The position numbers and the translations under genes are program-made. This document shows, piece after piece, positions 37,290-52,206 of a stretch of 64,000 nt of DNA. Location: assembly GCA_051453625.1 (NCBI GenBank), contig JBOZIK010000001.1, positions 12,371,463 through 12,435,462 on the forward strand, read 5' to 3'. The stretch comes from Welwitschia mirabilis (taxonomy: Eukaryota). The notes under the pieces were generated by a model. The model was given only the letters and a program-made list of their open reading frames with translations. It made no database searches and was not told the origin of the DNA. Position 1 is the first letter of the stretch. Every line of letters begins with the position of its first letter.

Positions 37290-40200
37290 TACTTTCTTAC
37301 TTGATTGGACAAGGAAAAATCCCCAAGTTTCTACATAATNNNNNNNNNNNNNNNNNNNNNNNNNNNNNNNNNNNNNNNNNNNNNNNNNNNNNNNNNNNNN
37401 NNNNNNNNNNNNNNNNNNNNNNNNNNNNNNNNNNNNNNNNNNNNNNNNNNNNNNNNNNNNNNNNNNNNNNNNNNNNNNNNNNNNNNNNNNNNNNNNNNNN
37501 NNNNNNNNNNNNNNNNNNNNNNNNNNNNNNNNNNNNNNNNNNNNNNNNNNNNNNNNNNNNNNNNNNNNNNNNNNNNNNNNNNNNNNNNNNNNNNNNNNNN
37601 NNNNNNNNNNNNNNNNNNNNNNNNNNNNNNNNNNNNNNNNNNNNNAAAGTTGATAAATTAAAATATATTACTTGTTTTTCTTACATGATTAGGCAAGGTA
37701 AAATCCCTAAGTTCCTACATAATTTTACATATTTTTTAGTACTTAGAAGTTTTGTAAAAGCTTTTGCAAGTTAATTATCTGTACTAATGTATTGCATAGT
37801 AATATCTTTGTTAAGAATATTTTCTCTGAGAAAGTGATGTCATATGTCAATGTGTTTGGTTCTTGAGTGTTGTATAAGATTCTTAANNNNNNNNNNNNNN
37901 NNNNNNNNNNNNNNNNNNNNNNNNNNNNNNNNNNNNNNNNNNNNNNNNNNNNNNNNNNNNNNNNNNNNNNNNNNNNNNCTCCTTATAGTAATCTACTCAG
38001 CTTCGACTATAGATAAAGTAATCAAGTATTAGTTTTTTACCACTTTAAGATATCAGGTATTTCCTAAGTAAAAAGTACATTCCACTTGTACTTCTTCTAT
38101 AATATTTGTGACCTATCCAATCTACATCACAATACCCTACAAGATCAAACGAGGAGTTCTTTTAGTATCAAAGGCTCTAATGAGTAGTACCTTTTAAGTA
38201 ATAAAAAAATCTTTTGATGGCTACAAGATGTGATTCTCTAGGATTACTTTAATAATATGTACAAATTCCTATAATTAACATAATATCAGATTGACTAGCT
38301 ATAAGATATAAAAAACTACCAATCATACCTCTATATAGCTTTTGATCCACTTTCTTATCATTTTCATCTTCGTCCAACTTGGTGTTTTGATTTATGGGAG
38401 TGTCTTTTGCTTTGTAATATTGTAAACCAAATTTAACTTTCGAAATTTTAATATATCTAGCTTGTAAAATAANNNNNNNNNNNNNNNNNNNNNNNNNNNN
38501 NNNNNNNNNNNNNNNNNNNNNNNNNNNNNNNNNNNNNNNNNNNNNNNNNNNNNNNNNNNNNNNNNNNNNNNNTCACAATACCCTACAAGATCAAATGAGG
38601 AGTTCTTTTAGTACCAAAGGCTTTAATGATTAGTACCTTTTAAGTAATAAAAAATTCTTTTAATGGCTACAAGATGTGATTCTCTAGGATTACTTTAATA
38701 ATCTGTACAAATTCCTATAATTAACATAATACTAGACTGATTAGTTATAAGATATACAAAACTACTAATCATAACTCTATATAGCTTTTGATCCACTTTC
38801 TTACCATTTTCCTCTTCATCCAACTTGGTGTTTTGATTTATGGGAGTGTCTTTTTCTTTGTAATATTGTAAACCAAATTTAACTTTCAAAATTTTAATAT
38901 ATTTAGCTTGTGAAATAAATGTACCTTGATTATGTTGCACGACTTGAAGTTCCAAGAAGTTGATCATTTCTTTCATAACACTTATTTCAAATTCATCCCA
39001 CATAATCTTAACAAATTTCTTGTACAAGGATGCATTAGTAGCATAAAAAATAATACCATCTACATAAATTTGAATAATAATAAAATATTTACCATTTTTC
39101 TAAAGAATAATGTTACATTTGACATACCTCTTTTAAAACCATTTTCAATTAAGTGAGCTTAGAGTTTTTCATACCGAGATCTTAGAGCTTGTTTAAGATC
39201 ATAGAAAGTCTTTTTCAATTTGTATATATAATTAGATTTTTGTAAGTTAATGAACCCATTTAGTTGTTTAACATATACTTCTTCTTGGAGATTTTCATTA
39301 AGAAATGCACTTTTAAAATATAATTAATAAAGTTTAAAATCTTTCATACAAGTAAGAGCTATAATCATTTTTAGCAATGGCATATGAGCCATAGGAGTAA
39401 ATATTTCTTTAAAGTTAATTCCTTCTTATCAATTGTAATCTTTTATCACTATTCATACTTTATTTCTAATAACATTTACATGTTCATCTATTTTATTTCT
39501 AAAAATCCACTTAGCGCCAATAATTGATCTATTAGAGGGTCTTCGAATAAACTTCTAAATATTAGATCTTTTAAATTTATTAAGCTCTTCTTGTATAGTA
39601 ACCATCCAATGTTCATCAATTTTTACTTCTTTGAAAGTTCTAGGTTTAACTTGAGATATATGATCAACATAACCACAAAATTCTCTAGTATGGCTTCTAG
39701 TTTAAATACCTCTATATGGACTTCCTATAACATTGCTTATGGAGTAATTCTTCTTAAACCTTGTCATGGTTGATGGATTTTCCTTACCTAATTCTTCTTC
39801 TTTTTATTCCTCATTATCAGATTGAACTTGAGACTGTCTAGAGGGTTGAACAACTTGCATAGGAACATAATCCTCTTATACATTCATAGAAGTTAGCTCA
39901 ATATCATTTATTTTGACATTTATGATTTTCTCAACTGCACGGTTTCTATTATTGTACACTCTATAAGCTTTACTAACCATAGAATATCCCAGAAAACTTA
40001 CTTCATCAACTTTTGAATCAAATTTTTTAAAATTATTTCTTTTATTTAGAATAAAATATTTTAAACCAAAAATATGAAAGTACTTAATAGAAGGTTTTCT
40101 TCCTAATCACAATTCATAAAAAGCTTTAGAGGTGAATCTACTTACTAGAACTCTGTTGGATAATAGGCTATATTGATGCTTCTACCTAAAAATGTTATGA

Positions 40201-43020
40201 TAAATTTTTGTTATGCATCATTATCCTTATCATATCATTGAGAAGCTTGTTCTTTCTTTTAGCTACTCCATTTTGTTGTAGTGCCTTGGAGATGAAAATT
40301 GATATAAAATACCAAACTAGTTGCAAAATTTTCTAAACTTTGCATTTTTGTACTCAGTCCAATTATTACTCTTTATAATTTTAATNNNNNNNNNNNNNNN
40401 NNNNNNNNNNNNNNNNNNNNNNNNNNNNNNNNNNNNNNNNNNNNNNNNNNNNNNNNNNNNNNNNNNNNNNNNNNNNNNNNNNNNNATAGAATATCCTAGC
40501 AAAATTTCTTCATCAACTTTTGAATCAAATTTTCTTAAATTATTTCTTTTATTTAGAATAAAATATTCCAAAAATATGAAAGTACTTAATAGAAGGTTTT
40601 CTTCCTAATCATAATTCATAAACAGCTTTAGAGGTGAATCTACTTATCGGAACTCTATTGGAAACATAATAGGCTGTATTGATTACTTCTACCTAAAAAT
40701 GATATGATAAATTTTTGTTATACATTATTATTCTTATCATATCATTTAGAACCTTGTTCTTTCTTTTAGCTACTCCATTTTGTTATAGTGCCTTGGAGAT
40801 GAAAATTGATGAAAAATACCAAACTGGCGACAAAATTTTCTAAACTTTGCATTTTTGAACTCAGTCTAATTATCACTCCTTATAATTTTAATTTCGTATG
40901 GTTATTGATTTTTCAACCTAATGCATAACTTAGAAAAATCATTAAAAGCCTCATCTTTATATGTAAGGAAGGCTATCTATGTAAAATGAGAAAAATCATC
41001 TACAATTGTTAAATAATATCTTTTCTTACTTAGACTTTCTATAGATGAAGAACCATCAATATTTAAAGGTAATAGATCTAATGGATGTTTAGTAGAGGTA
41101 ATATTTTTCTTCTCAAAATTTATTTTTGTTAGTTTTCTTTTTTGATAATCTTCACAAATTTAATCATACATGTTTTTAAACTTGGGAAGTCTTCTTACTA
41201 ATTCCTTTATGGATAAGGTTTTGAGAAGATCTTTGTTTACATGATTAAGATTCCTATGCCATCACTCTATTTTATCTGTTTTGTTAAGAAAACACTTGGT
41301 TCCATTATTAGATATATCTTGAAAGGTGGTAATGTAAACATTTGATTTCCTTACTCCAACAAATAAGACTTTGGTAGTAACTTGTTCTCTTATAACATAA
41401 TCATCTTTTGTAAAACTAACAAAAAAATTTACATCACAGGTTTGACCTACACTTAAGATATTATGTTGCAAATCTTCTATAAAAAGTACATGTTTTACCT
41501 TGGTTAAATTACCTCATCCAATGGTACCAACACCTTTGATTGGTGCTTCTGTGTTGTCTTCAAAGATTACAACTCATTTATCTTATTCCACTAAGGTGGT
41601 GAAGCTAGATTTATCTTTAGTCATGTGTCTTGAGCAATCAATATTAATGTATTATGTGTGTTTCTTCATTGCTCTGAGTGCTGTTTGATCTAAAAGTGAT
41701 ATTTTTGATTTTGATACCCATACTTTTCTTAGTTTCTCATACACAAAACATTGTACCATTCTACTTGGTTTTTTGTCATTATCAGTATAATACCCACTTT
41801 TAAATTCCATTGGACATATGTACTAATAATGACCTCTATTATNNNNNNNNNNNNNNNNNNNNNNNNNNNNNNNNNNNNNNNNNNNNNNNNNNNNNNNNNN
41901 NNNNNNNNNNNNNNNNNNNNNNNNNNNNNNNNNNNNNNNNNNTCGTAAAAGTAACAAAAAAATTTACATCACAAGGTTGACATACACTTAAGATATTATG
42001 TTGCAAATCTTCTATAAAAAATACATATTTTACCTTGGTTAAATTACCTCATCCAATGGTGCCAACACCTTTGATTTATGCTTCTGTGTTGTCTTCAAAG
42101 ATTACAACTCTTTTATCTTGGTCTACTAAGGTGGTAAAGCTAGATTTGTCTCCAGTCATGTGCCTTAAGCAACCAATATTCATGGATTATGTATGTTTCT
42201 TTATTGCTCTGAGTTCTATTTGATCTAAAAGTGCTATTTTTAATTTTGATACCCATACTTTTCTTAGTTTCTCCTACACAAAACATTGTACCATTCTAAT
42301 TGGGTTTTTGTCATTATTAGTATAATACCTGCTTTTAAATTCCATTGGACATCTATACTAATAATTACCTCTATTATGAAAATAATAGCAAATAATATTA
42401 TTTCTATATGTAATGTGTTGATATCTTGGCTTATAGTTCCATTTGTTTAGTGAAAAGGTTGAAGTTCTTGTTGTAGCTTCATTATGTTCTAATCCACTAT
42501 TAGTGTTTGAGTATCTACACTATCCAAGCATAACATTTAAGGTTTCCTTTCCTTAGGTGAGTTTCTCATTTATNNNNNNNNNNNNNNNNNNNNNNNNNNN
42601 NNNNNNNNNNNNNNNNNNNNNNNNNNNNNNNNNNNNNNNNNNNNNNNNNNNNNNNNNNNNNNNNNNNNNNNNNNNNNNNNNNNNNNNTTGTTCAAAAGCT
42701 TCTTTATAAGCATTAGGTAACCTTTTCATCTTAATACATACCTTTTCTAATTTAATTCATTATTCAAAAATTATATCATACCTTTCTTGCTAGTCCAGAC
42801 CTATGTTGGCTTCACTATTTATTTCATCTTCTTCTCTTATATCTTCATTTTCTTCTTAAAAATGTGCAATGTCCATGAGAGTAGGATATTTTTCTTTTTA
42901 AAACACCTTTTTCTCTATCGTAGTTTATGTGGATCTTTCTTCTTCATTTCTCCAATGCTCAAACCCATAATATTATAAGAACATCCACATCTTCATCTTC
43001 CAATAGGCATAGTCTATTCA
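37290..43020 (-). pseudogene. gag-pol of element B
   Basis: Track ORF 38695-39027 (RT: EFEISVM...FISQAKY...VDQKLYR), 40317-40571 (KFDSKVDE), 41262-41471 (HNILSVGQ), and protease DCSRHMTKDKS at about 41610-41645. Confidence 0.93.
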
Positions 43021-43064
43021 NNNNNNNNNNNNNNNNNNNNNNNNNNNNNNNNNNNNNNNNNNNT

Positions 43065-43076
43065 ACTCTGATATCA
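43065..43076 (-). promoter_or_regulatory. tRNA-iMet primer-binding site of element B (second copy at about 44769-44780)
   Basis: Minus-strand TGATATCAGAGT versus canonical TGGTATCAGAGC, 2 bp from the LTR. In the second copy it is followed by the gag start MEGVSSIK. Confidence 0.85.
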
Positions 43077-43078
43077 TT

Positions 43079-44500
43079 TAAGGTCTGATTTAAACTTAGA
43101 GGAGAGGGTTAATGAGTTTCCAAATAATAATAATAATAATAATACCAAATAATAAAATGAAAAATATGCAACAAAAGGCCTTATCAAGATAACATGATTT
43201 CCAACCTAGGTATGTCCATATATAAAGGGTATCTTCTACTCATACCTCTGGATATTTTTAACTTACAAGAAAATAGTGGTTTTCTAGTGCACCACCAACT
43301 TCACAACAGATGAGAATCTCCTTGCAAAATAGAACTCTTTTTCCCTTAAGAGAATAATGGTTTTTTGACTCACCAATAATCTTTATGACAAATAAGTACT
43401 CACAAGCATAATAATAATTGCACATCCCTATAAGGGTTTTCTTAGAAAGTATTTGATATTTAAGAAATAAACTCTACAATAATATTTAACAATAAGATAT
43501 CCCACAATGAATAACCAAAATGCAATATAATAAAGAAGCTTGAATATGTGCTTTGTTGAACATTTAAGATCTTTACAGTTGCTGTTGCAGTTATGAATAT
43601 GAATGAAGAATGCAGCAATGAGATTCAAAAAGCAAATGATAATAGTAGTAATAGCTTTTTTGTAATGATGCCTTAATTCTTCATGAGGATAACCTTTTAC
43701 GCATGCAAGATTTCTTTTGATCTGATTGTTGAGAGCTAAGAAATATCTGTATTTTTTATTGATCAATGAGGTGCTAAAAAAAGTTCTTTTTTGATTTGTG
43801 ATATCAAGGATTATAAAATTAAGGACGAACTAGCCATTGGAGATTAGAAGGTGGCCTTTGAAATCTATAATCATCATGTAATGAATAACTAATGTCTATG
43901 CTTCATGTGTATAAATTTAGTTTTAATCAACATAAAATTTAGTTTAAGACCTCTTTAGTCTAGACATATTTACTTTTGTATATAGCTTCATTTTAGACAT
44001 CTTTACTTTTGTAGACGTCTTAATCTAACTTGTCTGATTCTAATGAATTTTACATTGTAATATTCTTGGGCCTTCATGATCATGAATCCATTATGTGCAA
44101 GTTGATAGCTCATTTAAAATTTGAGATATTAGCTAAAAACAAAATTAACTTTGTTACACTTTTTGGCTTAGGATAGAAATCTTCAATTTTGTATATGTCT
44201 TAATCTCTGTTAGGTCTAATTTTTAGTTTAGTTGTCTTGAATATGATAGTTGTCTTATAGCCTATAAATTGAATTCTAGTACATTTAAGATGTCTTTAGA
44301 TTTTAGACATCTTCACTTTTCTAGATGTCTTTAAATAATTAACTTGATAGTTTAGCATCTAATTCTTTTTATGAAATGTTTTCTCTAAAGACCCATTATG
44401 AGCTAGTGTCTATCAAGGTTTAATGTATCTGTAATAACTTGTCCACACAAGGACATAACATATTTGATAATTGAAATCATTAAAACTAGATTTTCCAATA
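43079..44500 (-). repeat. 5' LTR of element B
   Basis: Adjacent to the PBS. Homologous to 33310-35286. Confidence 0.9.
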
Positions 44501-44704
44501 CATTATTTCATGTTAGTCATGCTCTATCATGTTTTTTTACTAAGGAACTACTAAAATTTTGGTTGGGTGGTGATTATGGCATCTGCGTGACATTGCATTT
44601 TTAAGNNNNNNNNNNNNNNNNNNNNNNNNNNNNNNNNNNNNNNNNNNNNNNNNNNNNNNNNNNNNNNNNNNNNNNNNNNNNNNNNNNNNNNNNNNNNNNN
44701 NNNN

Positions 44705-46310
44705 NGCTTAATGGATGACACACCTTCCATTGTTTATTCAAGGAAGTTACTCCTTTTTATGAGTACCTACTCTGATATCATTTAAGAGCTAATTTAAACT
44801 TAGAGAAGAGGGGTGAATAAATTCCCAAGTAATAATAATAATAATTATACCAAATAATAAAATGACAAATATGCAATAAAAGGCCTTATCAAGATGACAT
44901 GATTTCCAAGCTAGGTATGTCCATACATAAAGGGTAGCTTCTACTCACACCTTTGGATATTTTTAACTTACAAGAAAATAGTGGTTTTCTAGTGCACCAC
45001 CAACTTCACAAAAGATGAGAATCTCCTTGTAAGATATCACTCTTTTCCCCTTAAGAGATAATGGTTTTTTAACTTACCAATAATTTTTATGATAAATAAG
45101 TGCTCACAAGCATAATAATAATTACACACCCCTATAAGGGTTTTATTATAAAGTATTTGATATTTAAGAAATAAACTCTATAATAATATTTAACAATAAG
45201 ATATTCCACAATGAATAACCAAAATGCAATATAACAAAGAAGCTTGAATATGTGCTTTGATGAACATTTACAATCTTTACAATTGTTGTTGAAGTTATGA
45301 ATATGAATGAAGAACGCAACAATGAGATTCAAAAAGTAAATGATAATAGTAGTGATAGCTTTTTTTAACGATGCCTTAATTCTTCATGAGGATAGCCTTT
45401 TACTTGTGTAAGATTTCTTTTGATCTGATTATTAAGAGCTAAGAAATATCTATAATTTTTATTGATCAATGAGGTGCTAAAAATAGTTCTTTTTTGATTT
45501 GTGATATCAAGGATTTATAAAATTAAGGAAGAACTAGCTATTTGAGATTGGAAGATGGCCTTTTAAATTTGTNNNNNNNNNNTAACATCTATGCTTCAGG
45601 TGTATAAATTTAGTTTTAATCAAAATGAAATTCAATTTAAGACCTATTTAGTCTAGACATATTCAATTTTGTAGATAGCTTCATTTTATACATATTCACT
45701 TTTGTAGATGTTTTTTGATTTAACTTGTTTAGATTCTAATGAATTTTACATAGTCATATTCTTGGGCCTTCATGATCATGAATCCACTATGTGCAAGTTG
45801 ATAGATCATTTAAAATTTGAGATATTAGCTTAAAAAAAATTAACTTTGTTACATTTTTTGTCTTAGGATAGAAATCTTCAATTTTGTATATGTCTTAGTC
45901 TCTGTTAGGTTTAATTTTCAGTTTAGTTGTCTTGAATATGATAGTCATCTTTTAGCCTATCACTTGAATTCTAGTATATTCAAGATGTCTTTAGATTTTA
46001 GACATCTTCACTTTTCTAGATATCTTCAAACAATTGATTTGATAGTTTAGAATTTAATTATTTTTATGAAATGTTTTTTCTAAAGACCCGTTATGATCTA
46101 GTGCCTATCAAAGTTTGATGTATCTATAATAACCTATCCACATAACATATTTAATAATTGAAATCATTAAAACCAGATTTTCCAACACATTGTTTCATGT
46201 TAGTCATCCTCTATCATGCTTTTTTACTAAGGAACTACTAAAATTTTGGTTGGATGGTGATTATGGCATCTGCATGACATTGCATTTTTAAGAAATATTT
46301 TCAATCTTAG
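44705..46310 (-). repeat. Second, diverged copy of the element B gag start, PBS, 5' LTR (to 46187) and right flank
   Basis: Same LTR and same flanking sequence (CATTrTTTCATGTTAGTCAT...) as 43064-44605. Confidence 0.9.
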
Positions 46311-46759
46311 NNNNNNNNNNNNNNNNNNNNNNNNNNNNNNNNNNNNNNNNNNNNNNNNNNNNNNNNNNNNNNNNNNNNNNNNNNNNNNNNNNNNNNNNNN
46401 NNNNNNNNNNATTTTTAAGAAATATTTTTAATTTTAGTGCCTTATTTTTTAAATTGACCTAATTTTGTGAATATTTTCAACATCCTTATATAGTTAAATG
46501 TTTTTTATTAGATATATTTCCATGTTGATCACTTTCTATCATGTTTTTTTGCTAATAAACTAGTAGAAGTCTTGTTGAAGATTGTGTTAATATGTAAAAA
46601 ATTGACATTTATATTACATGTTTTAAGATAATTTATTATAAATAAAGACATTAATTTAATTATTTTAATTATAAAATATGTATTTCAGTATTTTCAAAAT
46701 AGAACTTAATCTTATGTTTTTTTCCATAATAATTGCAAATATTTAATCATGTTTTGGAA

Positions 46760-47710
46760 TACATGGTGGAAGATGAACACAATTCCACATAAATAATGAT
46801 GGGAATAAAGACTTAATGTGGTAACATGTAGTAGTAGCATTAGAAGATATGTAGCAGAGACATGTGGAGGTGGCACTATAAACATGTGGTGATATCACTA
46901 GTTGCTAGAGAAATCTAAAAGGCACATGTTGAACTCATCATAATGTAAGATTCCACGTAATGCTACATGATAACCTCCACCAAACACAATGAGATAAACT
47001 TCACCAAATGATAAATGATGAAAATTCTACCTAATGCTATAGGATAAAATTTCATCTGCCTAATGCTATATGACAATANNNNNNNNNNNNNNNNNNNNNN
47101 NNNNNNNNNNNNNNNNNNNNNNNNNNNNNNNNNNNNNNNNNNNNNNNNNNNNNNNNNNNNNNNNNNNNNNNNNNNNNNTATAGGATAAAATTTTATCTAC
47201 CTAATGCTATATGACAACGTTCACAAATTCTATAGGAAAGAATCTTACATACCTAATGCTAAATAATTAAGATTTAAACTAACATTATAGGATGGAGCCC
47301 ATCCACCTTACCTACCATTACAATCAAAAGGCTTCCAGCCACCTCAATGCTACCATACCCTATAAAAGAACGTTAAGCATCATTTTTAAAAATCTTTAAT
47401 TAGGTAAAGTAGTGGGAATACTTGGAGTGTCAAGGTTTTATGGGTTTCTAAGAACTCCCTTGGGAGTGTACTTGATCTAAGGCTAGTTTGAGGAGTCCAT
47501 TTTAGCTTTATATTTCTCTCTTAATGTAATGTATTTTTTGAATTAATACGAGAAATATTTATTCATTCTTTTCTTTATAGTGCATATTATTATGTTACTA
47601 GTAATATTTAGGTGAAATTTTTTCTTATTGTCAATATTATAGTAGTTGTTCTTTCTTTTATTTTGAGTTCACATTAACATGATAGTAATAATATTTAGAT
47701 AAGACTACAA
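46760..47710 (+). repeat. LTR-like remnant related to the 18393-19006 insert, with CCTAATGCTA repeats; edges uncertain
   Basis: Shares CCACCTTACCTACCA, TATAAAAG and CTCCCTT(T)GGrAGTG in the same order as 18490-18660. Confidence 0.55.
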
Positions 47711-48899
47711 CATTAAGATATTTAGGACCAAGTAAATTCTTTAAATTTAGCTTTTCAATTGTAGTCACTATTACGTTATAGATATTAAGAACAATTGTAC
47801 TTACTTTCTATGTTCACAAAGAACTATAAAAGNNNNNNNNNNNNNNNNNACTCTAGTGGTAAATAAGATTAGTTATCATACCTAAGCCACCATGACTTGA
47901 TGATTTAAATTTTATTTTTCAAGAATATAAGAATCACTAAAGTAAAGGTGGGTTGTTAGATAAGCCAAGCCAGCCTCTAGAGCATTGTTCATCTTCTTAT
48001 GTCATCAACCTTAGTTCATGAAATTATTTAAAACCCTTGAATTTTATCCTTAGTTTGATTTTCATTACAATAATAAATTATTATTTTAATTTTGATTAGT
48101 TTACCATAAATATCCCTATATAAGAATGATACTGGGTTATCATTCGACTTATTTTGGTTTGATTATACTTAATAATAAATGCTTTTATTAAGAATCATCT
48201 TACTATTTTCATCTAGATGTCCTAGTGGAAAAAGATCCTTTCTCATCAAAATCATCTTTAATAATCATTAATCAATTAAACATTATTTTTTTAGAATGCA
48301 AACCATGATATTTATTCCCTGACATCTCAATTAGTCAAGTGGGATCTTCATGTGGCATTATGATGACATCGGCTAAGGTCTCTCTTATGTATTACACTCT
48401 ATAGGATGAAATTACTTATCATTTTTATTTTAATGAAAGGGATTAGAGATGAATTAGTCCTCAAAATCATCTAGAAGGTATTAAAAATGATGTAAAACTA
48501 TGATTTTTGTGATCCTCACAATAGCCAAGCATAATTATTCTAATTCCCTCATAAATGTATTAAATGGGCCTAAAAACATACTCTAAAACCATGTTAAATG
48601 TGGTTAATTTAGTCTCATAACAGAACTCCTTATCAAGCATTTATTAGTTCTTAAAAAAGCACATTAATAATAATGATTAGTGAGTCAATTTGACAACATA
48701 AATATTCTAACTAATCATAAAAATTATTTTTAGTAACTTTATCATACAAGTTCAAGGTAATAATTGTAGTAGATCTTTTAGGATCTTTCCATGAAGAATA
48801 GATTAAAGGATTTAAGAGCTAATTTGTCTTTCATATAGCTATCCTCAATTTAAATTTATATTCTTAAGAGATCTTTGCATTTTCTTTGTTCTTGTGCTT

Positions 48900-50050
48900 A
48901 AAACTTGCCTTTGTTCCATTCTCATCATTATCACTTATGTAGATAATGCCATGGGGTGATTCATCTAGATTTTCATCATTCTTATTTCCCTATTTTTTAC
49001 TAGTTTTATTCTAATTTTTTAATTGAATATTAAAATCCCCTATCCTATTCTTTTACTTCTCTTTATTTTTCTTAGGGTTGTTAATAGAAGTTACATACTC
49101 AACTAGAATTTCATTCAATCTAAGATTTTCTACTTACTACTAAGACTGTATTTGTCCTTTAATAATGTGAATGCTGGAAGGAACTTCTAAATCTCTATCT
49201 TTATTTATTATAACTTCTCTTAGTTGTTACGCTAAGACTAGTATTGCTTTTGAGTATTCTCTACTTGGGAAGAAACTAAAGTTTCCCCAAAAGTTTCACT
49301 TCCATTGGCCACTTTGGACTATCTCATATTACAATAAGAGATATTTGCAAAAGTTTGACCATATATGAGGGTTTTCTAATCCATGAGTATATACCTAGGC
49401 TTAGGGTTAAGGTATATAACTACTTGATTTTTCATTTCAAATAAACTTAATAAGCTTTTGATTAATTCATAGTCTCTACTAAATACCTATTCTCTTAATT
49501 TATCAGTGAAGAAATTGGAAAGATTCAATTTTCTTCCTTTTCTAAGAGCCAATAATAAGTTTAAGTGTAGTCCCTTTAACTAAGAGTGATTTCCATTTTG
49601 AATAATATAACAATCAATAAATTCAGTGGCTAATTTCTGCGTCCATTGGAGTTTAGGCTTCTTAATATATCCTTTTGCTATTCATGATACACTTTTTTCA
49701 AAAAACCAATCTACATCATTGTATCCTAAAAAGGTTAGGTAAACTAAATCTCCTTTTTCTAGAATTTATAATATTTAAGAAATAAGCCACTAATTCATAA
49801 GATGTCTTCTTCATCCAATTACTAATTTTCCTTTAATTAGGACTTTTATAGATATGAATTTAAGATCTTCTTTCAAGTACAGAACTAGATTTTAAACCAC
49901 TACTAAAATGTTGTTCCAAAGCTTCTTATTCCTTTTGAACTTATCTTTGTTTATAAGTTTAAAATGGCAATGCTTCCTCATTTACTTTAACACTTGGAAG
50001 CTATCAATTTTCCATTAGATTTTTTAAATAATGTTGTCTATGCGTAGGTT
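48900..50050 (-). pseudogene. Remnant of a third retrotransposon accessory ('env-like') ORF; partial second copy at about 50497-50960
   Basis: Minus-strand KKPKLQWTQKLATEFIDCYIIQNGNHS*LKGLHLNLLLALRKGRKLNLSNFFTDKL...LIYGQTFANI, resembling the C-terminal part of the plant-transposon-protein domain. Confidence 0.5.
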
Positions 50051-52206
50051 TACATGTAAGAAGAAGAATTAAAATGGGTAATCTAAATAAATCATAGAGG
50101 GATCCTATAACATTTCCTAATGTATTAATTATCTTTTGCTAGTTTAACCTCTAGACTCCTTGCATAAGATAATAGTCCCAAAATAGATGATAGGTTGCTT
50201 ATGTTTTTTCACATACTTTATAGTAAGATGTGATCATTTATTCCTTCTTTCTAAGGTTTTTTGCTATTAGTACTTTATCCTTGATATCTAACCATTTTAA
50301 AAGTACATATTTATTCATTATACTACATTATTACATGTTCTCTAATATATTATTTATTTTATATTTTTTAATTAAAATGGATGTTGAATTAACTTTNNNN
50401 NNNNNNNNNNNNNNNNNNNNNNNNNNNNNNNNNNNNNNNNNNNNNNNNNNNNNNNNNNNNNNNNNNNNNNNNNNNNNNNNNNNNNNNNNNNNNNNNATAT
50501 AAAAATCAATAAATTTAGTGGCTAATTTCCATGTCCATTAGAGTTTAGGCTTCTTAATATATCCTTTTGCTATTCATGATACACTTTTTTCAAAAAACCA
50601 ATCTGCATAATTGTATCTTAAAAATGTTAGGTAAATTAAATCTCCTTTTTCTAGATTTATAATGTTTAAGAAATAAGCCACTAATTCATAAGATGTCTCC
50701 TTCATCCAATAACTAATTTTCCTTTAATTAGAACTTTTCTAGATATGAATTTAAGATCTTCTTTCAAGTACAGAACTGGATTTTAAACCACTACTACAAT
50801 GTTGTTCCAAAGCTTCTTATTCCTTTTGAACTTATCTCTGTTTATAGGTTTAAAATGGTGATGCTTCCTTATTTACTTTAACACTAAGAAGCTATCAATT
50901 TTTCATTAGATTTTTTAAAGAATATTGTCTATGCATGAGTTTACATGTAAGAAGAAGAATTAAAATGAGTAATCTAAATAAATCATAGAGGGATTCTATA
51001 ACATTTTCTAATGTATTAATTATCTTTTTCTAGTTTAATCTCTAGACTCCTTGCATAAGAGAATAGTCCCAAAATAGATGATAGGTTGCTTATGTTTTTT
51101 CACATACTTTATAATAAGATGTGACATATATTCCTTCTTTCTAAGGTTTTCTGCTATTAGTACTTTATCTTTAATATTTAACCATTTTTAAAGTACATAT
51201 TTATTCATTATACTACATTATTACATGTTCTCTAATATACTATTTATTTTATATTTTTAATGAAAATGAATGTTGAATTAACTTTATTTCTATTAATTAT
51301 TCTATAGTTCCTTTTCATTATCAAGTTCAAATATATTTAATTAATAAGCCATTATAAATAGTTTATAGCTTTACATATGATTGCATTTCCTAAGTAAGTG
51401 TTTCTATGTGTATTTATGTAAATATTAGGTCCTTTATCAAATTCTATTAATTACAAACATATGCATAAATACAACACAGTAATATAGATGTGATTAAACC
51501 TGAATGTTGTAATCCATCAAAGGCCCTAGGCGAGAAGAAATAGAATTGCTTTCATGAAGTAAAGGTTGAAAACGAAAATCAACAATTCAAGAAAAGTAAA
51601 CACATAATGCAATGCAATGAAATCTAATCTAAATGCAATATCTCTCTGACTACCAAATTCTATCACCAAGATCAACCTTACAAAATCTAGATTAATTAAG
51701 AAAACTACCACTAACTAAGACCAAACTAGGGTATTAAGTACATCAATCAAAATATTAAAAAGATATAATTATTAATCTATAAAATATAAAATTCAATTCA
51801 AGTTCCTAAACTAATGACTTCAACCTTAACAAAGGATGGTCTTAATGACCTCTATCATAATTAAAGCTATTATGAAATCACAGCAACATAAACCATAAGG
51901 GACATGCACATGAATATATTAAAACTAAAAGAAATTTTCATATTAAGTCGAATCAACATCCTATTACAAAGTCGCAGTACCTCAATGAAGAAGACATAAC
52001 CCNNNNNNNNNNNNNNNNNNNNNNNNNNNNNNNNNNNNNNNNNNNNNNNNNNNNNNNNNNNNNNNNNNNNNNNNNNNNNNNNNNNNNNNNNNNNNNNNNN
52101 NNAATTGTTCTATAGTTCCTTTTCATTATCAAGTTAAAATCTATTTAATTAATAAGCCCTTATAAATAGTTTATAGATTTGCCTATGATTGCATTTCCTA
52201 AGTGAG

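Larger units (their letters stand above)
33310..44500 (-). mobile_element. Sirevirus-like copia element B, full length and decayed (internally inflated by duplicated segments)
   Basis: 3' LTR 33310-35286, PPT, RH-RT-INT-PR-gag reading rightwards, iMet PBS, 5' LTR 43079-44500. TSD CATTT (33305-33309) versus CATTA/CATTG. Confidence 0.92.

Noticed and set aside
41500-42223. Pair of near-identical 62-aa plus-strand ORFs
   Set aside because: Antisense shadow of the copia protease region, present twice because of the duplicated segment.
43428-43766. 112-aa hydrophobic ORF, with a similar ORF at 45132-45332
   Set aside because: It lies inside the Sirevirus LTR, is not kept open at full length in the other LTR copies, and the similarity reflects LTR duplication.
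48700-48760. Possible LTR start (TGATAAAG on minus) for the host of element F
   Set aside because: No adjacent polypurine tract and no partner LTR in the window.
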